Assembly: GCA_963745025.1 (NCBI GenBank)
Contig: CAVUWD010000005.1
Span: forward strand, 64,001 to 128,000
DNA length: 64,000 bases
Origin: an uncultured delta proteobacterium
GTDB taxonomy: Bacteria; Desulfobacterota; Binatia; JACPRU01
Direction of reading: 5' to 3'
Shown: in pieces, positions 1-9,884 of the stretch
How positions within the stretch are numbered: the stretch's first letter is position 1
Layout: every line of letters begins with the position of its first letter
Translations under genes and position numbers: made by a program
The notes under the pieces: model-generated
Database searches by the model: none
Told to the model about the DNA's origin: nothing
Seen by the model: the letters and a program-made list of their open reading frames with translations, nothing else

Positions 1-557
1 TCGCTCTGATCCTTCACCTTGATCAGGTGAGCCGTCACCCGCACGTGGCGGTTCCCGCGCCGAGCGCTGCCGCCGACCAGGTAGTCGACGCCGAGCTCGC
101 GGCCGATCTCGTCGGCGCGCTTCTTTGTTCCCTTGTATGCCATGGCGGACTGGCGGGCGATCACCCCGAGGCGCTCGGGATTCAGCCGGCCGAGCTCGAC
201 GATCATCTCTTCGGTGATACCGTCGCTCAGGTACTCGTGCGCCGGCTCGCGGCTCCAGTTCTCGATCGGCAGCACGGCGATCATGATGCGCCGCTGCTCC
301 GCGGCGCGCTCGAGATCGGAGCGCCGCGCCTTCCACCACGCGTCGAGCTCGGAGCGATAGGCGTACACCGAGCCGAGCCGCTGATGGAGATGGCGGTGAA
401 CGGGCAGGCCCTCGCTCTTCTCCCAGCGCTGGACGGTACGGACCTCTCGGCGAAGCTGAGCGGCGATCTCCTTCCAGGAGTCGAGGCGGTCCGCGTCCGG
501 GGAACCGGGCGATGGCGGGGCGCCGTCGTTTGCCGTCCTTCGGTCTGCACCGCCCAC
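1..557 (-). CDS. N-terminal HTH plus TolB-like (adenylate cyclase/TPR-associated) domain protein, 5' part; runs off the window start
   Basis: Not in the ORF track. Manual translation gives RLDSWKEIAAQLRREVRTVQRWEKSEGLPVHRH...IAVLPIENWSREPAHEYLSDGITEEMIVELGRLNPERLGVIARQSAMAYKGTKK. GTG start at 557 is tentative. Confidence 0.85.
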   Translation of the reverse strand, partial: MGGADRRTANDGAPPSPGSPDADRLDSWKEIAAQLRREVRTVQRWEKSEGLPVHRHLHQRLGSVYAYRSELDAWWKARRSDLERAAEQRRIMIAVLPIENWSREPAHEYLSDGITEEMIVELGRLNPERLGVIARQSAMAYKGTKKRADEIGRELGVDYLVGGSARRGNRHVRVTAHLIKVKDQS

Positions 558-745
558 CGGGGCATCATCGCAAACAGGATCCGCCGCGGTCAAAGCGGCC
601 GAGCCTGCTTGTGGCTGCCGTGGCCGCGCCTGCTATGCCCGCGCTGCGCGTCCGTCCGGGGCCCGGCGTGACAGCGAGGCGGCTTCGGGGGTATGCAGCG
701 CACAGGCCGTCTGGAGGGCGGCCGCCGCTCGCCTTCGACGCGACC

Positions 746-1693
746 GTGAAGAGGATCCGCTTCCGCAAGCTCAGCCGGCGTTACCTGGACCTCGAATTCG
801 CCACCGAGGGCGACGTCGCGGTACGGATCGTGGAGCGGCCGGGACGATGGATGGCGGCGGACGAGGTCGCCAAGATGGTGGAAGAGCTGCGCTCGGTCAT
901 CGCGCGGGCGCTCGGCGGCCGAGCCTTGGACTACGGCGTCTTCACCGGCGAGAAACAAACGCTCGATCGAGCGGTCGTCACCCTGCTCTGCGAGCGTGCG
1001 ACCGGCAAGCCGATCGCCTTCAACGCGCTGTCGCTCCTCAGCCTGCCGCTGCGCGGACGCAGTGTGGACGTGGTCCATCTCGGGCTGGCGATGGTCGATC
1101 CGGCGCACCGCGGCCGCAGGCTCTCGGCGGTTCTCTACGGGGTCACCTGCATGCTACTGTTCTTCCGCAACCAGCTGCGGCCGATGTGGGTGACCAGCGT
1201 TTCGCAGGTGCCGTCGGTCGTCGGCATGGTGACGGAGACCTTCAGCAACGTCTTCCCGTCCCCCGACCCGCGCAAGCGTCGCTCCTACGACCACTTGATG
1301 ATCGCCCGCGAGATCATGAGGTCGCATCGCGCGGTGTTCGGCGTGAGCGAGCACGCCGGGTTCGACGAGCAGCGGTTCGTCATCACCGACGCCTACACCG
1401 GCGGTTCCGACAACCTGAGGAAGTCGCTCGCCGAAGCGCAGCCGCACCGCATCGACGCCTACAACCAGATGTGCGCGCGCCAGCTCGACTATGCGGTCGG
1501 CGACGATTTCCTGCAGGTCGGACAGATCGACCTGCAGACCGCGCGAAACTTCCTGCTGCGCGACGTCCCGCGCGCCTGGCTGCGGTCGCTCGTCTATCCG
1601 CTGATCTTCCTGCTGGTCGGCCACTCGCTCCTCCCGGTGCTGCACTGGCTGAGCCCGGGGCGCTCGATGGGGGATCTCAGACCACGCACGTGA
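746..1693 (+). CDS. Hypothetical protein with GNAT-like acyltransferase motif
   Basis: Within ORF 512..1693, probable GTG start at 746. HLGLAMVDPAHRGRRLSAVL resembles GNAT motif A. Confidence 0.65.
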   Translation: MKRIRFRKLSRRYLDLEFATEGDVAVRIVERPGRWMAADEVAKMVEELRSVIARALGGRALDYGVFTGEKQTLDRAVVTLLCERATGKPIAFNALSLLSLPLRGRSVDVVHLGLAMVDPAHRGRRLSAVLYGVTCMLLFFRNQLRPMWVTSVSQVPSVVGMVTETFSNVFPSPDPRKRRSYDHLMIAREIMRSHRAVFGVSEHAGFDEQRFVITDAYTGGSDNLRKSLAEAQPHRIDAYNQMCARQLDYAVGDDFLQVGQIDLQTARNFLLRDVPRAWLRSLVYPLIFLLVGHSLLPVLHWLSPGRSMGDLRPRT

Positions 1694-2979
1694 CGACGCC
1701 GGCGAGTGCCCGCGTCCCGTTCGGAAGGAGTCCGTCGATGCTCTCGAACCTCTCGGGCCGCGACATCACCGACATCTTCGTCACGTGGGCGGCTGCGTTC
1801 GGCGTGCTCGCCTACGCGACGCACCTCGGCCGCGGCCGCACGCGCAGCACGCTCGAGAGCCGAACCCTCTTTCTTCTCTACTGTGCCGGAGCACTGTTTC
1901 TGGTGCGCGGATTCTACTGGCTGAACGACGAGAAGCCGCTGCTCGGGATGCTGACCTTCGCGCCGGTGACGCTCTTTCCGCTGGCCTCGACGCTGTTCGT
2001 CGAAGCGTTGTTGCGCAGGCACCTGCACATCCTCCTCAAGCTCTACATCGCCGTCGGAACGATCGCGTTTCTCTACGCGGACCTTTTCGCTCGGCTGGTG
2101 TCCCGAACGGACTTGCTGCTCGGGCTGCTGCTCTTCCAGGTTTCGACGCTCGCCGCCCTGACCGTTCAAGTGGTGATGCGCGATCGGCGGCAACTCTCCG
2201 CCGCGGAAAATCGCTTCATCGACGTGATCGCGGCCGCGTCGGTGGCGCTGATTCCGTTGACCGTCACGGACTACCGCAAGGTCTTCACCTGGATCTCCGT
2301 GCCGCGCATGGGCGGGATCGCCGGGCTGCTGTTCATCTACGCGCTGATGAAGCCGGGCGGCGACACGCGGCCGATACGGGCCGTGGGACTCGAAGGTCTC
2401 GGCTTGGTGGCGCGCGGCATGATCGTCGCCATCGTGCTGATCCTCGCCCTGGGCAGGGCGGACGGCGCATCCTTCGCCGACGCGCTGGCCATCGCCTTGG
2501 CCGCGATCTTGACGACGATCGTGCTCGAGCGGCTGAGAGCTCTGCAGCTCGAAAGCCGCGAGGCCTCGTTCCTCCACTGGTTGCTGCGAGCCGACACCCG
2601 CTCGTTCGAGGGCCTGATCGGCTCTCTGCGCGACCTTCCGCTCACCGAAGAGCACGTCACGCTGAAGGGAGCCGACTTGGAGGATTACGACAGCGCGGCG
2701 ATCTCGCGGATGTTCGCCGAGGGCAGCGCGGTGCTGAGCCTGTCGTCGCTGCGACACGAGATCGCCGTGCGCGGCGAAACGGCCGCGGAAGCCATGGAGG
2801 AGCTGGTCGACATTCTCGAGAAATACGACATGACGCACGTCGCGCTGCTGTGTCGCCAGCCGCCGACGCTTCTGCTGCTCAATCTCCCGCTGGTCGGCAC
2901 GCAGCTACACGAGACGCAGATGCTTCTGATCCAGAAGCAATTTCGGCTGCTGGAGCGAGATGCGGCGGCGGTCGCGTGA
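1690..2979 (+). CDS. Hypothetical multi-pass membrane protein (about 8 TM) with a soluble C-terminal domain
   Basis: C-terminal part of ORF 847..2979. GTG at 1690 overlaps the upstream stop (alternative ATG at 1738). Repeated hydrophobic segments. Confidence 0.75.
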   Translation: MTTPASARVPFGRSPSMLSNLSGRDITDIFVTWAAAFGVLAYATHLGRGRTRSTLESRTLFLLYCAGALFLVRGFYWLNDEKPLLGMLTFAPVTLFPLASTLFVEALLRRHLHILLKLYIAVGTIAFLYADLFARLVSRTDLLLGLLLFQVSTLAALTVQVVMRDRRQLSAAENRFIDVIAAASVALIPLTVTDYRKVFTWISVPRMGGIAGLLFIYALMKPGGDTRPIRAVGLEGLGLVARGMIVAIVLILALGRADGASFADALAIALAAILTTIVLERLRALQLESREASFLHWLLRADTRSFEGLIGSLRDLPLTEEHVTLKGADLEDYDSAAISRMFAEGSAVLSLSSLRHEIAVRGETAAEAMEELVDILEKYDMTHVALLCRQPPTLLLLNLPLVGTQLHETQMLLIQKQFRLLERDAAAVA

Positions 2980-3114
2980 GGGCGAGCCGAGGCGCGGCTC
3001 CTCGGCTCGCGGGCTTTCAGTCGCCCTCGAACGTGATCCGCTTTGGGCGAGAGCTCGAAATGCGCGTTGTAGGGCGTCTCGATGATCATAGGCGGTTCCT
3101 CGTGGCCGCGCCGG

Positions 3115-3645
3115 TCAGCTCCCGCAGCCGCTCACGCTCGTCTCGACGCGGCCCAGCAGCTGACACGAGACCTCCTGCAGCGGCTGAGTGAGGCGCACTT
3201 CGCCCCAAAAGACCTCAAAGACCGTGCCTTCGGGGCAGCGGTCGGCGTTTGGCACCAGGAAATGCGTGGTAGATGCGGGCGCGGACCTGGCGGCGGGCTC
3301 GATGGAGGGCTGGCGCTCGCCGCGGCAGATCCGCAGGTCGAAGCGGATGTGCTCCCCTGGAGGATAGAAGAGCGCGTTGTTCAGGTTCGAAGGGTCGAGC
3401 GTCTCGACTTCGAGCTCGCTGCCCGCCGCGTCGAACAAGTGAAAGGCGACGAACGACAGGCAGGTCCCTCCGGGAACATCCTCTCCCGTGTACACTTCCG
3501 CCTGGATCGTGCAGCCCGCGGCGTCCGCAACCAGCGCCTCGGAAACGGTCCTCGGTCCGCCACCGCCGCCGCCACAGCCCTGCAGCAACAGCGGGATCGC
3601 GAGCGCCGCGCATCCAGCCCAACTCGATGATCTCTTTCCCGTCAT
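3115..3645 (-). CDS. Hypothetical Cys-rich lipoprotein
   Basis: ATG at 3645 preceded by GGAGG. Signal peptide with lipobox LLQGC followed by a poly-Gly linker. Confidence 0.7.
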   Translation of the reverse strand: MTGKRSSSWAGCAALAIPLLLQGCGGGGGGPRTVSEALVADAAGCTIQAEVYTGEDVPGGTCLSFVAFHLFDAAGSELEVETLDPSNLNNALFYPPGEHIRFDLRICRGERQPSIEPAARSAPASTTHFLVPNADRCPEGTVFEVFWGEVRLTQPLQEVSCQLLGRVETSVSGCGS

Positions 3646-4100
3646 GGCTCTCCTCCCTGAGGCTTTCGCCTCTCGCCTTCGTCGGGCGGAACTCTGGAGC
3701 CAGAGCGGCGGCGGGAAAAGCGACAAGGCACGGCAGAGCGCGGATGTCGCCGTTTGTCGCCTCGACCGCGGGTGGGGTGGGAAGCAGGTCGTCGGGGTCA
3801 GCCGACGGAAGGCCCGGGCGGCATGCCGCCCGCCGGGCACCGGCCGCCCAGGGGCATGGCGGCTACGAAGCCCGGAAAGTAATCGGCGTGGGCTGACGCC
3901 GCACGGCGTGCCCCGCACGTGAACCGCGGGCGCCGGCTGCTCAGCAGACTCCCGAAGCCTGCTCTCGAGCGGCTCGGAGTGGCGGGTATCCTGGATTACG
4001 TGCTCGACGGTGCGGAGTCGCCCGAATTCTGGATCCGCATCGTGCACCACGACGTGCGCAGTGGACGGTTGCCGCTGCTGAAGCGCGGACCGTGAAAAAA

Positions 4101-4155
4101 CGGCTGCCGGCTACCGCAAGAGACTCAAGAAGTCTTTGCCGGTAGCCGGTAGCCG
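4101..4155. repeat. REP-like palindrome built from CCGGCTA/TAGCCGG heptamers, downstream of pcs; possible terminator
   Basis: cggctgccggctaccgcaagagact-caaga-agtctttgccggtagccggtagccg forms a long stem-loop. Confidence 0.7.
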
Positions 4156-4164
4156 CGATTGCTT

Positions 4165-4872
4165 TCACTGCCCTCTGCGCCCGAAGTGCAGGTAGAACGA
4201 GAGCGCGAAGTAGTAGAGCGGAAACGCGAGCGAGCCGTAGACGAGAGCGGGGGAGGGCTCGGGTAGGCGAGCGAGCGCGACCATCAATGCCACGCCCCAG
4301 GCGAGTCCGAGCGCGATCGTCAGCGGCCGCAGAAACGGCTGGCGCGTCGGGTAGACGTAGCCGATCGGCACGAAGACCAGGAGCGACAGCAGGGCGAGGG
4401 CAACGGCGTTCGCACTCGGCGGAGCGCCGAGCGCGTACATGTAGAAGACCGTGATGTTCCAGTACGACGGAAAGCCCGTGAAGAAGAAGTCGGCGGTCTT
4501 GGCCGCGCTCTGGCAGAAGCCGTAGGCGCTGGCGAGGAGTGGCAAGGCGGCGATCGCCACCGCCCAACGGTCGGGCAGGAGCTTCATCTCGACGGCGAAG
4601 AAGATCGGCACCAGGACGTAGTTCAGGTAGTCGACGATGTCGTCGAGCTTGCTGCCGTCGTAGCTCGGCACGACCTCTTTGACCCGTGCGGCGCGCGCTA
4701 GCGTGCCGTCGGACGAGTCGATGGCGAGCGCTGCCGCCATCCACAGAAACGCCGCCCGGGCGTCGCCGCGAACCATGGCGACGAGAGCCTCGAGCGCGAT
4801 CACCGCGCCGAGGGCCGTGTAGAGATGCACGGACCACGCGAGGGTGCGCGAAGCCGCCGAGGAGCCGTTCAT
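4165..4872 (-). CDS. pcs: Phosphatidylcholine synthase (CDP-alcohol phosphatidyltransferase family)
   Basis: AWSVHLYTALG...IDSSDGTLARAARVKEVVPSYDGSKLDDIVDYLNY and FFTGFPSYWN. ATG at 4872 overlaps the upstream stop. Confidence 0.85.
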   Translation of the reverse strand: MNGSSAASRTLAWSVHLYTALGAVIALEALVAMVRGDARAAFLWMAAALAIDSSDGTLARAARVKEVVPSYDGSKLDDIVDYLNYVLVPIFFAVEMKLLPDRWAVAIAALPLLASAYGFCQSAAKTADFFFTGFPSYWNITVFYMYALGAPPSANAVALALLSLLVFVPIGYVYPTRQPFLRPLTIALGLAWGVALMVALARLPEPSPALVYGSLAFPLYYFALSFYLHFGRRGQ

Positions 4873-6110
4873 TCCCGCAACGCGTTCGGCTCGAAGAGCA
4901 CCTGGACGACGTTGCCGTCCGGATCTTCGAGGTAGAGCGAGCAGCTGCCGTCGCGATGGCGACGCGGCGGCCGGACGACCGCGATCCCGCGGCGCGACAG
5001 CGCGCGGGCGATCGCGAAGACGTGCTCGGCGCTGTCGACGAAGAACCCGAGGTGATCGAGCGGCGATCCCTGCGCGGCACGCGGCTCGCGCGCGCGATGC
5101 AGGGCCAAATTGTCGCGGCCGCTCGACAGGTAGACGTTGTCGGCATCCGGCTGCCAGACGACGCGCATGCCGAACACGTCCTGGTAGAAGCGGACGGTCT
5201 CCTCGAGCTTCGAGACGTTGAGCGCCAGATGCGCAAGGCCGCGGGTCGCGATCGGCAGCTCCTTCTCCGTGAACTCGAGGATCGCCGCGGCGACCGCCTC
5301 GGGCGACTCCATCGGGAACATGTGCGTCGTGGCGGGAAGCGTGCGCCGCTCGCCGTGGACGAGGCGGCCGACGGCGGCCTCCGCGTCGCTTTCGGAAAAT
5401 GCGTCGCTCTCCGCGCCGCGCAGGACCAGACCCGGCACCGTGAGTCGCTCGAGGGCTCCCCAGCCGTCGAAGCCCGGCTCGGGGGCCATGCGGAAGACGC
5501 GGGCCTCGATCGTCGGCGGACATTTCAGGCGCACGCCGCCGTCGTCGGCGGCGAGGCCGTGATCCACGTAGAGGCGAAGCACGTCGTCGCGCCACTTCAC
5601 GAACGGACCGCGCCCGCGGTAGCTCTCGAAGACCTCGTCGTGGCTCCCCCACACCTCACGGCGCTTGAGTGCGCCGTTCGCCATTGGGTTGTCGCCGATC
5701 GATAAGTTGCGAAACTCGCGCGGAAACAGGATCGGATCGAGCAGTGCAACCGCGCGGAATAGGTCGGGCCGATCGGCTGCCGCTCCGGCCGTCGTCGTGC
5801 CGCCGAGCGAGTGGCCGACACCGAGCACCCGACCGAGCCCGAGCGCTTCGACGAACGCGACGAGATCGGCGATGAAGGTCTCCCAGCGATAGCCGTCGGG
5901 CGGCTTCTCGCTGTCGCCGTGTCCCCGGGCGTCGAGCGCGAATACGCGATAGCGGGTCGACAGCGCCTCGGCGATCGGCGTCCACACCCATGCGTGAAAA
6001 CCGGTCGCGTGGTGGAGAACCGCCGGCGGTCCACTTCCCCCGTAGTCGAGATAGTGGAGGCGGACGCCGTTCACGGAGACGAAGCCGCTAGCCGGAGTTG
6101 GGCGAGCCAT
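4869..6110 (-). CDS. Alpha/beta hydrolase fused to a C-terminal VOC/glyoxalase domain
   Basis: GHSLG nucleophile elbow and DARGHGDS. C-terminus has LAHLALNV...LDHLGF...YLEDPDGNVVQ. Confidence 0.85.
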   Translation of the reverse strand: MARPTPASGFVSVNGVRLHYLDYGGSGPPAVLHHATGFHAWVWTPIAEALSTRYRVFALDARGHGDSEKPPDGYRWETFIADLVAFVEALGLGRVLGVGHSLGGTTTAGAAADRPDLFRAVALLDPILFPREFRNLSIGDNPMANGALKRREVWGSHDEVFESYRGRGPFVKWRDDVLRLYVDHGLAADDGGVRLKCPPTIEARVFRMAPEPGFDGWGALERLTVPGLVLRGAESDAFSESDAEAAVGRLVHGERRTLPATTHMFPMESPEAVAAAILEFTEKELPIATRGLAHLALNVSKLEETVRFYQDVFGMRVVWQPDADNVYLSSGRDNLALHRAREPRAAQGSPLDHLGFFVDSAEHVFAIARALSRRGIAVVRPPRRHRDGSCSLYLEDPDGNVVQVLFEPNALRE

Positions 6111-6196
6111 GAGCGCCGCTCCTGTTTAGCCGCGGCTCCGGGGCGAGGCAATCACGGGTTGAGCTGGTCGTTGCGGGCTGGTAGCAGGTTCCCCTC

Positions 6197-6976
6197 GTGA
6201 CGACTCTCGAGGACATCTTCGGGCTCCGCGGGCATCGCGCCGTCGTCACCGGGGCGTCGAGCGGCCTCGGCGTGGATCTCGCCGAAGCGCTTGCGATCGC
6301 CGGCTGCGACGTAGCGCTGGTGGCCCGCCGTGCGGATCGCCTCGGCGAGGTCGCTCGCCGCCTCGAGCCGCACGGCATTCGCGCGATTTCGGTGCCGGGC
6401 GATCTCGCCGATCTGGCATCGATCCCGGCGATCTTCGAGCGCTGCGAGCAGGCGCTCGGGTCGATCGACATTCTCGTCAACAATGCGGGCCTGCTCGATT
6501 CGATGCGCGCGGAGAAGACCACCGTGGAGCGTTGGTCCCGCATGCTCGACGTGAACCTCAGCGCAGCCTTCCTGCTCTGCCAGGAATTCGCCAAGCATCG
6601 CTTCGCACGAAGCGAGCCGGGGCGCATCGTCAACGTCGGCTCGATCTTCGGAGCGGTGGCCAGCTCGACTCCCGGCCTCGCGCCGTACGCGGCGACGAAG
6701 GGCGCGATCACCATGCTCACCCGCCAGTTGGCGATCGAATGGGCAAGCCGGGGCATCACCGTCAACGCACTGGCTCCGGGTTTTTTCCCGACCGAGCTGA
6801 ACGTCAAGGATTTCGAGAGACCGGGTGTGCGCGAGCGCGCCGAGGCGTTCATCCCGCTCGGTCGGCTCGGTCGCCCGGGTGAGCTCGCCGCCGCGCTCCT
6901 CTTCCTGGTGTCGCCGACGGCGAGCTACGTGACCGGCTCGACCGTGTTCGTCGACGGCGGATACACGGCCTGGTGA
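6197..6976 (+). CDS. Short-chain dehydrogenase/reductase
   Basis: TGASSGLG, NNAG and YAATK motifs. Confidence 0.9.
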   Translation: MTTLEDIFGLRGHRAVVTGASSGLGVDLAEALAIAGCDVALVARRADRLGEVARRLEPHGIRAISVPGDLADLASIPAIFERCEQALGSIDILVNNAGLLDSMRAEKTTVERWSRMLDVNLSAAFLLCQEFAKHRFARSEPGRIVNVGSIFGAVASSTPGLAPYAATKGAITMLTRQLAIEWASRGITVNALAPGFFPTELNVKDFERPGVRERAEAFIPLGRLGRPGELAAALLFLVSPTASYVTGSTVFVDGGYTAW

Positions 6977-8652
6977 CGACGCCCGCGCGCCTCCTCGCGC
7001 CGGCTCTGTGGCTCATCGCCAGCGCGGGCCTGGCACAGACCGACTCTGCGTTCCCGCGCATCCGGTCGATCGTCATTGAGCACGCGTCGGTGTTCGGCCC
7101 CGAGGAGAGGCTGGACGAGATCCCCCATGTTCCCGACCTGACGTTCATCTTCCGCCTCGCGAACCTGCTGCACATCGAGACCAAGGAGGAGGTGATCCGC
7201 CGCGAGCTCTTGGTGCACGAAGGAGAGTTTGCCGATCCCGTCTTGATCGCCGAGTCGGAGCGCAACCTGCGAGCGCTGCCGTACATCCGGCAGGTGAAGA
7301 TCTTGGCGTCGCCGGCTCCCGAGGGACAAGTCGACCTGCACGTGCTCGCCCAGGATACCTGGACGACGCAGCCGCGCGCCTCGTTCAGCTTTGGAGGCGG
7401 CTCGCACCGCGCCACCTTTGGGATCGTCGAGGACAACGTCCTCGGCTACGGGAAGAAGGTCCGCCTGCTCTACCGGTCCGGAATCGACCGCGACTCGGCG
7501 ATCTTCGCATACAGCGACCCGCGCGTGCTCGGCAGCCGCTGGGTGGCCGGCGGCGATTACCAAGTTACGAGCGACGGCCACGTGGCAGAAGGGATTCTCG
7601 AGTACCCGTTTTATTCGCTCGACACACCGTGGTCGGTCCGCGGCGGCTATTCGGAGCGGCGCGAGCGCAACAAGGAGTTCGACCACTTCGGGAACGAGAC
7701 CGCGAGCTTTCGGCGCCAGCAGCAGATCACTGCCCCGCGCATCGGGCACCGCCTGGAGATGCTATCCGATGCCGACGTCGTCTGGCGGGCGGGGCCCTTC
7801 TATCGCTGGAACGACGAGACGTTCTCCGACCTGTCGCCGTCGACCGCTCCACCCACGGACCTGCCGGTCGACCAGCGCCAGAGCGAGCCCGGCCTGTTCC
7901 TGCACCGCGAAGTCGTGGACTACGTCCGTGAGCGGCATCTGAACCTCTTCGACAAGATCGAGGACCTCAACCTCGGCAACACGTTCGATGCCGAGATGGG
8001 CTATTCCTGGCGCGCGCTCGGTGCACGGGTCGACGAGCCGATCCTCACCGCTTTCGACCGCCAAGGCTTCGGCTTCGGCGAGGGTCGGAAGTCATTCCTC
8101 TATGCCTTCGTCACCGGTCGCTACCACGATGGGGACGTGCGCAACGCGGTCGCCGAGGTCGAGGGGATCTCCTACTATCGCTTCCACTGGCTCTACGAGC
8201 ACACGCTCGTGTCGCGAGTGAAGCTCGACCTCGCCCGCAATCTCGACCGCGAAGTGCAGATCTTCCTCGGCAACTTCAACGGCCTGCGCGGCTTTGACAC
8301 CCGCCAGTTCGTCGGCGAGAAGCGCTTCATCTTCAACCTCGAGGACCGACTGTTCTTCGTCAACGATCTCTTCCATCTGGTATCGCTCGGCGCGGTCGTC
8401 TTTTTCGACAGCGGATACGTCTGGGCGCCGAATCAGGGCGTCGACTTCCGGCGCTTGGCGACGAGCGCCGGCATCGGGCTTCGCGTCGATGCGCTGCGTA
8501 GCTCGGGTGAGGCGCTCTTCCGCCTCGACCTGGGGTTCCCGATGACGGACGGCGGCTCGGGGCAGCACGGTCTCGGGGTCACGCTCGGGTCCGGCCAGGC
8601 GTTCGAAGCCTTCGATGGACCCTTCGACCTGCAGAGCACGTCGGGACCGTGA
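6973..8652 (+). CDS. Omp85/BamA-TamA family outer-membrane protein (POTRA plus beta-barrel)
   Basis: Signal peptide, POTRA-like TKEEVIRRELL...ESERNLR, barrel motif GLRGF and GIGLRV. Confidence 0.8.
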   Translation: MTTPARLLAPALWLIASAGLAQTDSAFPRIRSIVIEHASVFGPEERLDEIPHVPDLTFIFRLANLLHIETKEEVIRRELLVHEGEFADPVLIAESERNLRALPYIRQVKILASPAPEGQVDLHVLAQDTWTTQPRASFSFGGGSHRATFGIVEDNVLGYGKKVRLLYRSGIDRDSAIFAYSDPRVLGSRWVAGGDYQVTSDGHVAEGILEYPFYSLDTPWSVRGGYSERRERNKEFDHFGNETASFRRQQQITAPRIGHRLEMLSDADVVWRAGPFYRWNDETFSDLSPSTAPPTDLPVDQRQSEPGLFLHREVVDYVRERHLNLFDKIEDLNLGNTFDAEMGYSWRALGARVDEPILTAFDRQGFGFGEGRKSFLYAFVTGRYHDGDVRNAVAEVEGISYYRFHWLYEHTLVSRVKLDLARNLDREVQIFLGNFNGLRGFDTRQFVGEKRFIFNLEDRLFFVNDLFHLVSLGAVVFFDSGYVWAPNQGVDFRRLATSAGIGLRVDALRSSGEALFRLDLGFPMTDGGSGQHGLGVTLGSGQAFEAFDGPFDLQSTSGP

Positions 8653-8714
8653 GGCGCTCAGGAGGTTTCACCAGCGCCGTGAATCCGGTCGGAGTCTCGT
8701 CCCGCGCCCCGCAC

Positions 8715-9884
8715 TCAGCGCGCGCACTTGCGCGGCACGAGGAAGTAGAGCTCGCCCCGCGAGCTCATCGAGCCCGCTACGAGCCCCGCGGCTTCGCCGG
8801 TGCCGAAGAAGAGGTCGACTCGGCCCGGGCCGGTAATTGCCGCCCCGCTGTCTTGCGCCAGGACCAGGCGACGGAGCGGCCGCCGGCCGGTCGGCTGACC
8901 CGCGGGATCGACCAGCGGCGCCTCCGTCTCGACGTAGGCGAGCGTGCCGAGGGGGTAGAGCGAGACGTCGACCGCGATCGACCGTCCTGCGGTGAGCTTC
9001 ACGCCGAGGCGGCCGATCGGCCCGTCGGCGACCTCGCGAAGGAAGACGTAGCGCTCGTTGTGAAACAGGATCTCGTCGCGCCGCTCGGGGTGCGCGCGCA
9101 AGAATGCCTGAATCGCCGGAGCGGTCGCCTGTCCCGCAAGGAGCGAGCCGTCGTTCACCAGCAGCCGGCCGATCGACGTGTACGGCTTGCCGTTCGAGCC
9201 GGCGAAGCCGACGCGGAGCTCGGTGCCGTCCTCGAGGCGGAGGATTCCCGAGCCCTGCACCTGCAGGAAATACCGTGCGACCGGATCGTCGAGCCACGCC
9301 GTCTCGAGCCCTCGACCGTCGAGAACGTGATCCCCGTCGATCTCTCGCCGCGTGTAATAGGGAGCGAGCTTGCCGTCCGCGACCCGACCGTAAATCGTGA
9401 CGCCCGCCCATCCGTCCGCGAAATCGCCGAGCCGAATCTCGATGAGATCGTCGGGTCGGCGGTAGAGCGGATGAACGAAGGCTCCCTCGTGCCGTCTTCG
9501 GCCGTCGAGAATCGGCTCGAAGTAGCCCGTGAAGAGCGCTCCGCCCTCCCTGCCTCCCGAGCGGTAGAACTCGAAATGGGCGCGAACGTAATCGGCGAGA
9601 TCCGTGTCCGGCAGCGAAGCCGCCTGACGCAGATCGCCGAGCGAGCGCGCCCGGTCGGCCGCCGAGCAGGAGACGGAGCCGATCCGCGTCGCGGCTTCGA
9701 GGTCGCGGTCAATGGCCGCGACGAGGGTGTCGCGACCCAGATCGTCGTCGATCTCCGGCGGCTCGACACGCACCAAGTCGGGTGTCGGCGTGGGCGGCGG
9801 CGTCGGCAGTGGCGGAGGGGCGGGGAGGGTGCGGCAGGAGGAGACGAGAAGGAGAAGTGCCGCCGCCCGCCGTCTCAGAAGCAC
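8715..9884 (-). CDS. mltA: Membrane-bound lytic murein transglycosylase A
   Basis: [15 protein letters not shown] and 3D domain [19 protein letters not shown]. Lipobox VSSC. GTG at 9884. Confidence 0.9.
   Translation of the reverse strand: MLLRRRAAALLLLVSSCRTLPAPPPLPTPPPTPTPDLVRVEPPEIDDDLGRDTLVAAIDRDLEAATRIGSVSCSAADRARSLGDLRQAASLPDTDLADYVRAHFEFYRSGGREGGALFTGYFEPILDGRRRHEGAFVHPLYRRPDDLIEIRLGDFADGWAGVTIYGRVADGKLAPYYTRREIDGDHVLDGRGLETAWLDDPVARYFLQVQGSGILRLEDGTELRVGFAGSNGKPYTSIGRLLVNDGSLLAGQATAPAIQAFLRAHPERRDEILFHNERYVFLREVADGPIGRLGVKLTAGRSIAVDVSLYPLGTLAYVETEAPLVDPAGQPTGRRPLRRLVLAQDSGAAITGPGRVDLFFGTGEAAGLVAGSMSSRGELYFLVPRKCAR

Noticed and set aside
3770-3930. GC-rich hairpins upstream of the lipoprotein gene (for example gggcggcatgccgccc) as a possible riboswitch
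   Set aside because: I could not match cobalamin, c-di-GMP, c-di-AMP or other consensus elements by eye. An Rfam cmscan would be needed.
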